A stretch of 63,027 nucleotides of DNA, the filler included, from Bigelowiella natans CCMP2755 (Eukaryota > Protista > Cercozoa), in the NCBI GenBank assembly GCA_000320545.1. It is 5 parts of 5 records of this genome, joined end to end, with 100 filler letters (N's around TTAATTAATTAA, not from the genome) between each part and the next. Parts side by side here need not be neighbours in the genome. Positions count along the whole stretch, not along the records: positions 1 to 10,703 come from ADNK01001940.1; positions 10,804 to 27,983 come from ADNK01000246.1; 3 more parts are not named here. The stretch is one strand, 5' to 3'. The position numbers and the translations under genes are program-made. Shown here in pieces: positions 1 through 13,351 of the stretch. Numbering within the stretch: the stretch's first letter is position 1; each line of letters starts with the position of its first letter. A model generated the notes under the pieces. It was not told the DNA's origin, made no database searches, and worked only from the letters and a program-made list of their open reading frames with translations.

Positions 1-39
1 AGGATATCGGACTGCACATTTGCCCATGTTCCATGTATA

Positions 40-79
<40 letters not shown>

Positions 80-81
80 CA

Positions 82-145
<64 letters not shown>

Positions 146-169
146 ATATATAATCATTTATATATATTT

Positions 170-790
170 GCACAATCTACTACTTTCATGAAAGACGTGA
201 AGCCCGTCGAGCACCCCTTTCACAATCTGCCAAAACCGTTCTTTTGAGGTGAGGTTCTCGTGATGGAGTTGGTCCAAGCTCCCTGAGTACATGTCAACGA
301 TTAGTGCGCTGCAGATAGTTTGCAATGTTGCAATAGGGGTATGCCTTTTTCGCAAAATTCACTGAGGAACTGAAGTTGGCCCTCAATTATCACGGCACCG
401 TAGAACTTGAGGATATTTGAGTGCAGTTTGATGTTGGAGAAGGTAAGAATCTGCAAGACAAGCATGGGTATTTATTGATATGCTCAAGTGCATTTATTTA
501 TTCTTCTGTCCCCACGCGATGAAACATACAGATTGAATACATTCACATGCAAAGAAAGAGAAGGAGAGTGTAAAAGAGTAAGAAAGTAAGAGAGTGAGAA
601 AATGTGACACAAATGCAAGATGTTCTAGTTGAACTAGTTGCAGTACCTCGGAAAGAAGAATCTATGCTCAGATTCTCCCCAACACACTTCATTGCAGCAA
701 TCTAATTTGCCATTCTGAGTAATGAGATCTCTTCCTATTTTTCCCAACTTTCCCTATACATCGTCATTGTCGTTGTTGTTCCAATGAATA
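170..790 (-). pseudogene. Protein kinase N-lobe fragment, probably degraded; continues off the window start
   Basis: Minus-strand pieces read IAAMK (subdomain II-like), ILTFSNIKLHSNILKFYGAVIIEGQLQFLSEFCEKG and GSLDQLHHENLTSKERFWQIVKGVLDGLHVFHE (subdomains III-VIa). There is an apparent frameshift between AAMK and LLSE. Confidence 0.55.
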
Positions 791-968
791 CCTACATCTG
801 CATCAGATTTTCCGTCATCATGTTCCTTCTCTGGAGGTTATGGAAAAGGGACGCATTGGAGAGGGCTCGTTCGGAATAATGTTCTAATTCTAAGCACCTG
901 TGAATGACGTGAAAACGGTCGCGTATTCCTTCACAGCAAAGGAAACGAAGGAGAATGAGCAAAGATAA

Positions 969-1003
<35 letters not shown>

Positions 1004-2480
1004 AATCCAATGTCACCTCATCTGGAGAAGAAAATCTCGGATTTCCGATTTTCACCTTTGTCTAAGAGGAGTAAATTGTCATTCTTCGCGAGTGTTATGC
1101 ATCAGTAAGTCTCTTTCCAGGTATGCACATTTTGTATTTAGATGCAAGAGACTCCGGTCATGCGTTTTGCTCAAAATTGTCCTCAAATGTTTTGTTTACG
1201 GTGTGCACCTCGCCCTCCATGTTGGTCTCTACAGAAACCGCGTTTCCATGCAAGAATTTAGTGAACGCAACATGAGTTTGGACAGAGCATCCTTTGACTC
1301 GGAGCCATTTTCAGCAGCTCATTGCAGTGTACCTGCCACTGGCGAGGCATAACGTGCTCATTGGCCTGGCGCAAAGTGGTGCTCCCATGTAACATTTGGC
1401 GTGGCGAGATGCGCTACGACAACAATAAACGCACAATGTGCAGCAGCACAAAATTCAAACGTGTGCGTTGCTACAACCATCCACCGAGGCAATCTAGCAA
1501 AGCCCAAATGCACTGCAGACTAGCTCGATCTAGAGCTTGTGGAAGCATGTGTTAATTGTGCATGCAGCAGACGCACGAGGCGCCGTCTGAGCTAGCAATG
1601 AATCCTAGAATCAAGTGATAGACGAATGAAGTTGGCTTGCATGGCAGCACGGCGCATGGCATCGCAATGATCGTCGCCATGGACTGTCAGTGCGGACAAC
1701 AAAATGCTACACTGCGCAACGTACATGCATGATGACACGCACCTGTAGACATGAAGCGAATGTGCAACTAGCCAGTATGCACATTTTTGCTGTGTGTAAA
1801 ATTCTTACTTCAATCTTGCAATCACAACAAACATCAGATTTGGACAAGATTTCAGATGGAAAAATTGCATGCAATGGACACATGCTTAGCATGACTAGAT
1901 GACACATGCGTGGCATGCATGTGACACATCTAGACATTCCATGTCCATGATCACGCGTTCATTGAATTCTTCGTCGACACAAGAACACTGGCATGATGAA
2001 TATCACTCGACTGAGACACGCTGCGCAACACGTGTGCGTGGAGGTGACTAGGTGAAACTGATCGAAAAACTAGTCTACAAGGTGGGATCGCGGGATCGCA
2101 GTTGCCATAATCTGTGTCGTCGCAAATGCACTCACAATCTGTACTCACAATCGTCCTCTGCGCTCCAATCAACAAACTTCTTGATCAGCGGTGACGCACT
2201 GAGGCGTTTCTGTAGAACAATGACAAATTATACACACAGTAACATTTTGGGCACATTGCATCACATCACGTTTGCCCATTGCACAACAAAATGTGAAGCA
2301 AAGAGAAAACAAAATTATCACACGCGCACGCACACAAAAGTGATGATGATGGATGGCGAATTATCCACACCGCACAACTCGCCACACGCGTTGCTTTTGC
2401 GCGGACAATCCCTCTCACCGTTGAATCGACAATGACTCCTCCACGACCGCTGCCCCCCTCCTAAACAACAGCATCTCGAC

Positions 2481-2741
2481 TCAAAACAGACGTCGTGCTT
2501 GGAATGTATCTCTTACGAAAGAGTGTTCGGAGAATGACCGACCTACCTTGATATCGTAATCAGCAGAAGATTTTCCCTCTGAGATTTTCTTTTGCAGCCA
2601 TTTGAGCATGCTATTTGCGCATATCTTTGGGATGCCCATTTTATCACACAAAAGGCCGACGTCGCAATCTTCTAACATCGAGCATTCCAATTCCTCCTCG
2701 AAAACCACCTGGGACCGGACCGACCGACCGTCCGACAACAA
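2481..2741 (-). other. Short ORF with a SAM-domain-like pattern, possibly a gene relic
   Basis: VFEEELECSMLEDCDVGLLCDKMGIPKICANSMLKW resembles the SAM helix pattern (F.eE.....L......L..mGI). No other support. Confidence 0.25.
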
Positions 2742-3469
2742 AAATCAGCGGCATGAGCATTGCAATGCAATTGTTGCGCGCACGTGCAAGCCTGGAACAT
2801 AAATGTAACAACAGCGAGGTGTCCATCATTGTTCACGTGAATTTCTCAAATTTGTAGATCGAAACGCCAACTGACATATTTTGGATCTTGCTAGCTTGTA
2901 GGCTAGCAGGGCCGACACGCAGTGCAGATGCAATGCTTGTACACCAGACTGACAATGATGTGATGAATATCGTCGCACCGGATGCAGCTAGGGGCGACCG
3001 CAACGTTTTGTCTTTGCTGTGCAAATGCATGCCATGTGCGTGGGGTGCATTTCATTTTTTGGTCATATTTTGCACTGCACGTTGCAAAACTAATGCATCA
3101 TGTAACATGGGATCCAAGTAGGCCATCCCGTACTAGCATGATTCGGACTACATCACGCAAACTGTTCAAAACCTCGCAGACTACAGAGCTAATCTCATTT
3201 TTTCCTTTTTCATTTCCCTACCTTCGTCATCGCTGTCCTCTCTTGTGCCTCTGGGCTCCTTTCCACCCTGCCTTTTCTCCCTTCCTTTTCTAGAGAGTGA
3301 TTGTGATGAATTCGATATACTCTTCCCAGAGGCATCTTTCTTCTGTACTCTTTTAGACGTTTTAGGCGCTAGCGCCGTGCCAACACCCAACAAGCGAGAA
3401 ACAGTTGCAGATGTCGCTTGTGTCGCTTGTGTCGCTTGTTCAGCCACGCGTTCTTTTTCCTGCAACATC

Positions 3470-6400
3470 ATTATTTCAAAGTCACATCAGATTCTTCATG
3501 CAGCGGCTTTATGATCCGGAGAAAACGAATCATTTCGTCGTACGAACGCGCCCTCTCTGCAGCAGCAGCAGCAGCAGCAGCAGCAATGGTTTGTGCTCGC
3601 CCTCGAGGAGGACCCGCAACGCACACGGTTGCAGCGACGACTCTACTGTAGAGCGCTGCCCAGCAGAATTCAAAAGTCATTTACTTCATTTGTTTCTTGT
3701 CTTCTCTTTGATGAATTTGTCGGCTACCTTCCGCTTCGCGATGTCGAATGTATTCAGGAACTGAATCGCCTCTCGACGGCTACTCAACTGTATCTGAAAA
3801 CGGGTGCTGAGAGTGACCAGGATGATGGCAATGACGATAGACAACGATGAGTAGCAAGAGATCATGACTGAGAAAACAACTGAAACGGATATCATTATGT
3901 ACACATACCATTAATGTGTATAATATAAAAATGGCATGCGCGCGCGCGCGCGATTTGTGAAGAAAGAGAGAGGGGGGGACGCCGGGGGGAGGTTGGTAGA
4001 TAGGGATTTGCTTGGGACTAATTAATACCCTGTATAATTTTCCATCCTTAAACTGAAAAAAAAAAAAATGTTAGGGAAAGCGAGTTCATAAGGATAGCGG
4101 ACAGAATTACCTTTATTTCCGCTTCTAGCTTGCCAGAGCTTATATACGTGTGCAGCAGATTGATGGAGTCCAAATCCCAGAAGCGGAACATAGTCTTCAG
4201 TCTCAGCTCGTCCTCCCCAACGACCTGGTAGTTCTGGAGACGGTACGCCTAACGATTGTAGTGACCACAGGTTGGGCTGATGTGACTATTGAACATATTC
4301 CACATCTTGTGGCGGAATACCGACACGTCAAGTACAGACGATGACAACAGAACCGCTGCACAACACAACCGGAGAAATTTACCAATATTTCTCTCGGAGC
4401 ACACACACTTTCTACGACTAGAGCATGCAAGACCCCCGACTACCTCGAAGTCAAACACGAACTTCCGGCGCTGGAGCATCCCGTACTTATTTACCTTTTC
4501 CTTTGAGGTTTAAAAATAGAGAATGAGAGGCAAGAAAGAGGCTTCGCTATCATGTGCAGATTCCGATCGCGATGCAGTATTCTCATATTTCATCGTTGCG
4601 CGCCGCTAGCTAGCTATGCCGCCCGCCGCGCCAGCGACGACGAAGAGTTGCCGGCCGCTATGCTGCGAAGAAGAGAGAAGCAGAAAGGAAATGCTACCAC
4701 GTCGAACTCCACAATGCTGCCGCCACCGCCCCTATTCTCTTTCTTTTTAGCATCATATTTCGCCTGGCCGCTTTTCAACCCGTCCCCCGCTGCTTGGTCG
4801 TTCCTACGGTCTCGTGTCTTGTCATCATTTTCATTGTCCTCCACGACCATCGATAGCTGTCTTTGAGTCGGAAGGCTGTAACTGCTATCAACACTACCTT
4901 CCCCCTTCCCCCTTACACCTTGGACTGCTAGCGAAGAACAAGAGTCTTGATGGACCATCTTTCCAATCCAGGGCTTGGGCTTAACACCCAAATCTGAAGG
5001 ATTTGTTTCTGAGTCATTTAGTAAGAGCAGATCTCTCTTCGAGAACTGCACTTTCAGCATGGAATGCCTATCCACAATTTGTCGATAGGCAGGGTTGGCA
5101 AAGATCCTCTCAAACGCCTTGCAGAACGCGCGGGCTACATCTGGGGAGTCGAAGACGATCGTGTAGGGGCGTGACGATAAGAAGGAGATCTGAACTTCGT
5201 TCTTTTCCATCAGAAACACATTGGCGATGTCCTTCAGCTTCCTCACCTTCTTCACCACGTGGGAGCTCTCCATAGTTGTCATCGTCGCTTGATCCAAATC
5301 GATCACGAACATCCTCGTTTGCGGGACGCCGTATTGGTTGAGTTTATCTGCTTCGAAGACGTGCTTGCGGCGCCGGAGGATGATCTCTCTGAAGATCCTC
5401 ACGAATGCCCTCGAATCCTCCTTTTTGCTGAAGACTAGGGTATATGGCCTCTGGTCCTGCAGGAAATCAACCTTTATAGTGTTCGCCCCGGTTTCAGAAT
5501 CAACGTCCTTGCACACGCTTACAATCGTCTCCAGAGGATGCTCCTTCTTCAGCTCTTCCTGATCGAAGTTCCGCATGACCCCGTCGTTGCAGTCGACCAC
5601 AATCCGCCGCTTGACCCGATTGCCAAGCCTGAGAATCTTGTCCGCCAGGAAAGTGTGGACCTTGTGCTTTTTGCGGATAGCGCTTTCCAGCTCATTCAGG
5701 CTGCGCGGCAGCTTGCTCTCCGAAACCACGTCTCTTAAATCCAGCAGCTTTTTATCGAGCGCAGTCCTTTGGAGACTCGACATCTTTTGCGCGGTCCTGG
5801 CGCGAGTTGGCCCGGTCTGCATTGAAACAACCCGCTTGCGGGTGCCAATCGACGATGACTTGGACGGAGAGGACGCTATGGCAGAGGAATTTGGAGGCTT
5901 TTGCCCCCCTGCTAGCTTTGCATCCTTCGAGTGCGGTGTGTTCGTGCCTTCAGGATTACTGAGTTTCGCCTCCAGCTCAGGTCTGATGCTGTTGGTTCCA
6001 GTGGCAGCGAGAAGCTCGCTTTCGTTGATGACCGTCCACCTTCGCCCCGGGGAGGGCGATCTGCTTCTGCTCCCACAGCTGCTGTTGTCCTCTTCCAATG
6101 TGTGTCTTTCGGAGGAATGGTCAAGGCTGAAGGAGCTAACCTTGCTGCCCTGCTTTACAGCCTCGATGCCGGTGAAGAACTCGAAGAGCTTGCAGAACCG
6201 AGCGAGGTGGTGGGAGTAGACAAACTCAATGTGGTACGGACGATGGTCCGTGAAGCAGATCTCAATTGACGAGGAGGGCGGGCCACCGCCGCTTTTTCGG
6301 TCGGCGTGAGAGGCGGGGATGACTGTAAGAGCGTCGAGCGAGAGCAAGGGAAACTCGGTGTGCACATTCGTCTCCAAATCAAGATTCAGCAGCTTGTTCC

Positions 6401-8262
6401 TCAAAGCGTCCCATCGCAACAGCCTGTCTTGCTGGAGCCCATACTTGTTTGTCTTCACGACGCGGAACGTGTATGGATCACCAGATCCGGTGCGGGAGGT
6501 CAGCTCATTCTTCGCGTCACTCGCAACGTCTCGTTCCATGGCGTCTCCCAGCACACGAAGAAATTCTTGCAGGTCAAGAGGCGACTCGAATCGGAGGACG
6601 TATGGCTTCCGATCGCTCTCAAAGTTGAGCTGGATGATGCACGACGTCTCTGCCCTGACGTCGATATCGCTCTCGTAGCGTACATTCTTGATCATACCCA
6701 GCCTGAACTCGGTCTTACAGCGATTCGTTATCGTGACGTTTCGAAGCCTGCGTGACTTGGTGTCCAGGACGATGTAGCGCTTCTGGTGGAGCCCATGCTT
6801 GTTAATTTTAATGACCTTCCACCGCCTCGCGCAATCATCGCTAAACTCGTGCGCGCCCTCAGTACTGGAGCTTTCTTCTTCGGGGTTGTAATCTCCCAAG
6901 AACGGCGGCTGTGCCTGCGATTGTTGTTGTTGCTGCTGCTGTTGCTGCTGCTCCCGCTGTTTACGTGCTTGTCGGGGTTGTCTTTGCCTGCGAAATTTCT
7001 TCGTTTTGGTCCCCTCCTCGTCGTGCTTTCGAGAGTAGAACAACATCAGGTGGGAGCGTTGGAAGCGATGACCTTGATTCTTCTGGCGCTTCTTCGTTTC
7101 TGCGCGCCCCCCCCCCCGAATAATATCATTGATCGCAACCTGGCTGATTAGGTTATGCGTCGAGTTGTGCGTGGCGACCCGCCTATGCCCCCGCTTCGAA
7201 CCGAATCCGCTGGCGTGGTTGTTTGACCGAATTCGTCGTTGGACTGCGGAACTGTCAGCCCCGCCCCCCCCCCGGCTTCTGCGGCATCGCTGGTAGCCGC
7301 GGTGTTCTGACTTTGCTTGCTACCTGCAGAGCCCAGCGATCTCTGGGACGCCATTCTTTGCAGCTCTTCCCGGGCTACTGCCTGCAGTTGCCGCGCATAT
7401 TCGTCGTCGTCGCCGCCGTCTGTGCTGGCAGCGCTACTTCCTAGCGTGCTGAGCGAGGAGAGATGATGGAGATGCCGCGGGCGCGGCGGCGGGGTGGCAC
7501 ATGCCCTCCGGCGTACAGGGGAGTTCCGAGGACGAAACAGTAGCTCTCGAGGTCGCCGAAGCCGCTCTCGAGAAAGCCGTTCTCTTGACCGCGAATCTTC
7601 TTTTTGCTGTGGTTGCTGCTGCTGATGCTGCTGATGCTGCCGCTCCCTTGGCTGTTGTTGCTGCTGCTGCCTATGTAAAGAGGGGAGTATATTGTCACAG
7701 GAGAGAGAACGCCCCCGCCGCCGACCATGCGTTTCCGCTCGCCCCTGCTTGTTGTCGTCAAGACCTGAGAAGTATTTAAGGTTACACTACAGCGGGAGAT
7801 TTCGCTTCAGTCTTTAAATACAACACACACAAAACAACAGGCTTGTAGAAACCTCCTTTGCGTGGGGGCTTTCCCCTCGCCTTCCCGAGAACCCGTTTTT
7901 CGCGAGACTCGATGATGTCGCCGTTGTGTTGGGGGGGGTCTTCCTCAGCATCGTCAACTCGGGATCTTTTGCTCGTTTCGGGCCGTCTAGGCTTGGTTGA
8001 CTTCTTCTTAGGGAGCTCCTTCGGCTCTTCCTTGCTTTGGAACTCACTCGTAAATACGCCGAAAAGTTTGCTGGCGGATAGCGTGTCAGCGGCCTCCTGC
8101 CCGGCCCTTTGCTGTTTTCTTTTTGGCGACACCGACCTGCATGCTACAACGAACGCGCTCCCTTTCTGCGCTCCGCCCTTGTCGCCGGATGGCTTGGGCT
8201 TGCGTCGGCGACGTGGGGAGTGAGAGCGTCCCTGGCGGAGCAAAGTTATAGGTGAAAAAGCA

Positions 8263-8304
<42 letters not shown>

Positions 8305-8530
8305 TCTCACTCTCTGGATATTTTTAATATCATCGTTTCTAGCTTTCTTCCTCGGAAGCTTTTACGTCGATGTTGATGGCAGTACTAAGCAACCAGACCT
8401 TTCTCTTCGGGCTGCTGCCACTTCCCTTGGCCTTCTTCTTTCTTCTCTTCTTCGTCTTTTTCTTCTTCAGATCCTTCTTTCCGGCCCTCGATTGAGACGC
8501 AGAGTGCCCCGCTTCCCCTTTCTCGTCCAT
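3470..8530 (-). CDS. Spliced protein with at least five tandem PH-like (myosin TH1/RME-8-N-like) repeats and a low-complexity Lys/Ser-rich N-terminus
   Basis: The large exon ORF 4614-7046 has four repeats starting WKVIKINKHG, FRVVKTNKYG, FLADKILRLG and FEADKLNQYG, each ending [KR]PY...F......F. A fifth repeat is spread over small exons: KVNKYGMLQRRKFVFDFE (~4445-4497), AYRLQNYQ...FRFWDLDSI (~4110-4250) and FQIQLSSRREAIQFLNTF (~3730-3800). Upstream ORFs 7148-8557 look like low-complexity exons. Gene ends are approximate. Confidence 0.6.
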
Positions 8531-8748
8531 ATTAGCAGCCGGTTCGCTTTGCAGCACTGCAGGATCCCTAGAGAATGTGTTTCAAGCGCTCAGATCACGG
8601 GAGCAGCCGAGAAAGAAACCGGGTGCTCGTCTTAGCTTACGCCGCGAAATGTGTAGTTGTTTTATTTCTCGATGCAAGCAATACTCCGATGTTTGGCTCT
8701 ATGGCCCTCTTCTCCGTTCTCAACAATATAATTATATGCGCGTGCATA

Positions 8749-8824
<76 letters not shown>

Positions 8825-9229
8825 TGTGTTTGGGTGTGCATGCTTGCTATATCTTCCACGGCCGAAATCTCACCGAAGATGAGACGATTGCTGAGGCGAA
8901 CCATGGTAGCTGTGACCTCCATCCCCAACCTCTTGCTCAGCAGCAGACGCAGGCAGGTCCATCATCTCGATCGATTCCAACTCTAAATGCGCACCATCCA
9001 GTACAAGAGGCATATCAGGCGCACACACGCGAGGGCTTTCGTAGGCCAGCAGCTAACATACGACGAATAGCAATGGCAAGGTCTGGCATTTTGTTCCACA
9101 GGAAGGGATACGAAAGAGATGCGTATTTTTGGCTAAAAGCACCGTTCACTCCTTGGTCTGACCGTCCGGGAAAATCGTCGAGCAGCGACGCACGCCGCTT
9201 GCTAAGAAGTTAGAAAGCGATGTTGAGTT

Positions 9230-10090
9230 AGGTAGATATGCAGCTGCTAATATTGATGCTCTTTCTTCGCCTCACATCCCACCGATTCTTGCAAAGTCCT
9301 TCCCGCCCAGCCCCCCACCCCCCAGCAATTCCCCTGCTGTCGCGTGCGAGGGCATCAGCGCGGCAGGTTTATTGAAAGGCGAAGCTCTACTTACCCTTTG
9401 ACGAGTCCGCGACGTCGACCATGGCGATTCTCAAAGCTTTCAATGCTAGAATCCATGATCTGCTGCTCGGAATTAGAATCTCCAGCGGCGGGAGGAAGAC
9501 TCGGCCTTCGTCCGGTAGATACAGGCGACAACGGGGGGGTGTTCTGTCGGCCAGACATTGCTAAGGGGGGCGGGGGGGGGGTGGAAGGGGGGGGTGCAAG
9601 AGTAGTGATGAAAGCGCGGCCCCGTCTGCGAATTGACGTGCAATAAGACGCATCATTTGTGATGGCCTTTTGATAAGCATACCGGTGACAATGGAAATCA
9701 CGTTTGCCGAGCTCTTCAGCTTCCTATGGGTCCGCTTCGACGCATAGCTGTGTGCATGGAAGAGGGAAAAGAGCGGAAAGAAAGCCAAGTGTTACATAAA
9801 CGTCTGTTTGCGGCTGCAACGACAAAAAGAACTCTCAATGAAGGGAGAACAGGTCAGATTCATCGATCTTCTTCTCGTTTTTGTCGGTGCATTGTTCCTT
9901 ACACTGCCTTCTTCATTTCATGCTCTTTGCGCTGTTTGAGGGTCTTGCCCTGACGATGAATATTGCATCCTTAGAGTCACTCGCATCCGATGCTCACCGC
10001 AGGCTAATCGGCTATTAACCGACAGCTGCAAGGTTTTCTTGCTACGCTCATCTCTCTTCCCGTGTTTTATTTTCTTAAAATCCATTTATG
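9230..10090 (-). CDS. Small spliced hypothetical protein
   Basis: Candidate exons bounded by AG/GT: MDFKKIKHGKRDERSKK..., GKTLKQRKEHEMKK, MSGRQNTPPLSPVSTGRRPSLPP...RRRGLVKG. No family recognised. Confidence 0.3.
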
Positions 10091-10703
10091 TTCGTGCAAC
10101 CAACCGTTTTCATAGTCGCTGGCGACTTGGCCTCCAAGTTGCTGCTCAAAGCCCCGGAATTCCACCCAGAAGAACTCTTCTACTCGTCAATGCAGGACGT
10201 GACAGCATCAGAATTCCGAGTGCCGTTTAGTGTGTGTGGTGTTTGCATTTTGAATTCAGAAACATCATCGCGTCAATGTGGAGCGATGGTGCGAAAATGG
10301 CAAGACGACGGCGACTAAAGACGTACGAATTCATAAGGCAGGCCCATCCTATCTAATTTATCTTGCTTCTCGAGCCACCTGATCACAGACAGCATCAAAA
10401 TGATACAGCGACTACCAAAGGGGGGGGGGGGGCTGAGGAGGTGGGATGATTACTTGCCGCAATATTTGGAAACGTCTATTTCAAAAATGGAGGAGTAAAG
10501 ATGGCATCGCTGCCAGCAAATCTGTTGTGGAATCTAATGCGTTGCGCTTACTTCTTATACATCCGGAACATTCGATGGCGAACCATGTAAACCTGATGTG
10601 GAATCCCAGCGTCCATAAATTGGTATTCTTCTCGCTCAATCAACGGATTGGGGGGGGGGGGGGGGGATCCCCCGAAAGGGTTAAGGGGGGAATCCCCCCT
10701 TTT

Positions 10704-10803
10704 NNNNNNNNNNNNNNNNNNNNNNNNNNNNNNNNNNNNNNNNNNNNTTAATTAATTAANNNNNNNNNNNNNNNNNNNNNNNNNNNNNNNNNNNNNNNNN
10801 NNN
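10704..10803. other. Assembly gap with artificial spacer
   Basis: 44 N + TTAATTAATTAA + 44 N. Confidence 0.97.
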
Positions 10804-10875
<72 letters not shown>

Positions 10876-11839
10876 AAAGTGACATCAAAGGCAATTATCA
10901 ATACATATGGTAAATGTAACCCCAATATAAGACACGCTGATGGCGTTGTGAAGATTTGGATTCCAGATTATCAAATGCCGAATATTGTTTCTCAGGCAAA
11001 TTCTTCGCGTCTTGCAACTACTACACCCTCGTGGCCCAAAAGCAAGTGAACGAGAACTCTAAATGAACAGCACCGCTTCCTATGCAGCTTCGATTCTGGG
11101 TGTTTTCTTGTACAGCTAGCTCGAATCGAAGCATCGATGTTGGAACATCGATCTCGGAATCGAGGGAAAATGAACACACGTCAGTCCTCGGTGCCCATGG
11201 AAGTGAAAGGCAGCCGCATTGCCAGCCGGATAAAGCTTCGAAGCTGCTGCTTGCTGCTATGACGCTGTCTGCGATGCAGAGAAAGACAATGAATTCGGAT
11301 GTACGATGCATGCGCATGTCAGCTTTCTCTCAAGATTTGCAAGAAGCCCTTGTGTGCCCCAACTTACCATTCTAGCATTTAGTCCGCTACCAGATCGAGG
11401 AGGCCGGCGCAAAACAGCAAATCATCATGATGTGCATCCTGTCTAGCTGTGTATATGTGCATCGCATGGCTGACTAGCAGCGCATGGCAGCAGCTGCATG
11501 GCAATAAAAAACAATTGACACTATCACATTCGTCCATGTTCGCACACGAGACGGGTGGTAATGAGCGAAATGAATGAAGCTTATAATAGACACAGCAATA
11601 TCATATTGCATGTCTATCATGCTTTGCGCAGGGCATTAGTGTGCGTGTGTGTTCGATCAGTGTCAATGTGCTCTGCGCAAACAACCACGTTCTTTTCAAT
11701 CAAATGCAGATGAACTTCGCTAGCTTCGTACAAGTGCAACAAAAATTTACTCAATGCTGCACATCTGAGGTCCTGAGGCGCTGAGACTTTCAATTAACAT
11801 TACACGCTGCACCAAGCATGGCCATCTTTTTTATTGAAT

Positions 11840-13316
11840 TCAAACATTATGATCATTTTCAGCATCGTTTAAGTTACTCTGAACGCTACTTTTCTTCTTC
11901 TTCTTCTTCTTTCCCCTACGTCTCCTCTTGCGTGTCTCTTTCTTCTCTTCCGCTTTTCCCCCTTCCTCCTCAGTCATGTCCCCGTCCTTTTTTTGGGCAT
12001 CGGAGGGGGTGCTACTTGATCGCAATTTATCGCCCTTCCCATCGCTCGCACGTTCCTGCTCGGTACCGCTATTTCCCTTCTCCTTCTTCAGCCGCGACGG
12101 CTGGCTTGCTGTCTTCCTCGCATCCGTCAACTTCAGCTTCTTCTTCTTCTTGCAGGAAAGCGGGTTTGGCTGTCGCGGCCCCTTTTCAAAACAAGAGCAT
12201 TTCAAGCATGCACCGATCACAGATGACTGGAGCAGGTTTTGTGGGATCTGCCGCCGTTAGAGGGCTTTTCTTCAATGCATGTTGCTCTACGTGGGCATGG
12301 AAAAAGGCATGGAAAACTATGGCGAGAATGAAGAAGACCAATACCCCAAAGCAATGAGGAGGATTCTATGGCGTTGCCAAAGCGCATAATGATGAGACAG
12401 ATGCTGTGAGTTATCTATTGACACGCTGCTTCTTCTACGCTACCTTACGCTTCTTGCGTTTGAAAGGCTCAGGCGTCTTTGTAGCATCCTAAGCAATGAA
12501 ACCATCGGTGAGAACATAATTATGATGATCGAGTGAGGGTATGAGGGCAGCTGTACTAGTGGTAGTACCAGTAGGAGTCGAGTAGTAGTAGTAGTATTTA
12601 GCAGTAAAGAATGCAGAGAGGGAGGAGGAGAAAGAGGAAGAGGAGAGAAGAAGCGTTTGCTGCTGTTGTTTCTTTTATCATTGATGATAAACTCTGGGCA
12701 TGGACAGACCTCACCAACAACTGCTTTGATCTTTTTCTCCTCCGAAGATGACAGAGATCCCATGGTACTTAGTTTCTGGAGGGAGGAGGGAGGAGGGAGG
12801 AGCAGCGAAATCAATATTGTCTAAACGACAACGGAATAATGGTTCTAGATGATAGAGAGAGGGGGAGGGGGATTAGAGAAGAGAGGAACACTGCAACGGA
12901 AATAATCAAATCCAACACACAGCTGGAATGTTAAAAACTTGAAGACGAAACTCCAAGAAAAGAAAACTAACGACGATCTTCGCCTCGTGGCACATCGACA
13001 AAATTCATCAATATTTCCACCGTCAGAATTTCCCAAGCATATACTCTAAGTGTATAATGTGTGGGGTGTATTTATTTTCTTCACGCACATTCTTGAGAGT
13101 GGTCTTTGTGGCCTTGCTCGGTGGCTCAAATATAGGCACACACTCGCGGATGAATATAATCGGTGCCGCGGGTACTCTACGAATGGTGTTGCGGAGGCTC
13201 ACGGTTTGAGCACCAAAGCACAGCTTTGAAGCGTTCGATTGTCCTACGAAGAAAGAGAAAAAGCAAAAGATCAATCAATTATTAGCAGTGTTTGTAGAGG
13301 GAAAGATCCGACACAT

Positions 13317-13351
<35 letters not shown>

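Noticed and set aside
20-247. Many short ORFs with poly-HT, CV, YI, ER or SL runs, here and throughout
   Set aside because: They are translations of intronic microsatellites.
10748-10759. TTAATTAATTAA palindrome recurring four times
   Set aside because: It always sits at the centre of a 100-bp N gap, so it is an artificial six-frame-stop spacer. Adjacency across these gaps is not reliable.
10880-11375. Short ORFs after the first gap
   Set aside because: No recognisable motif or consistent exon chain.
12240-12360. Apparent transmembrane ORF fragment (GVLVFFILAIVFHAFF)
   Set aside because: It lies inside the inferred last UTP23 intron and has no independent support.
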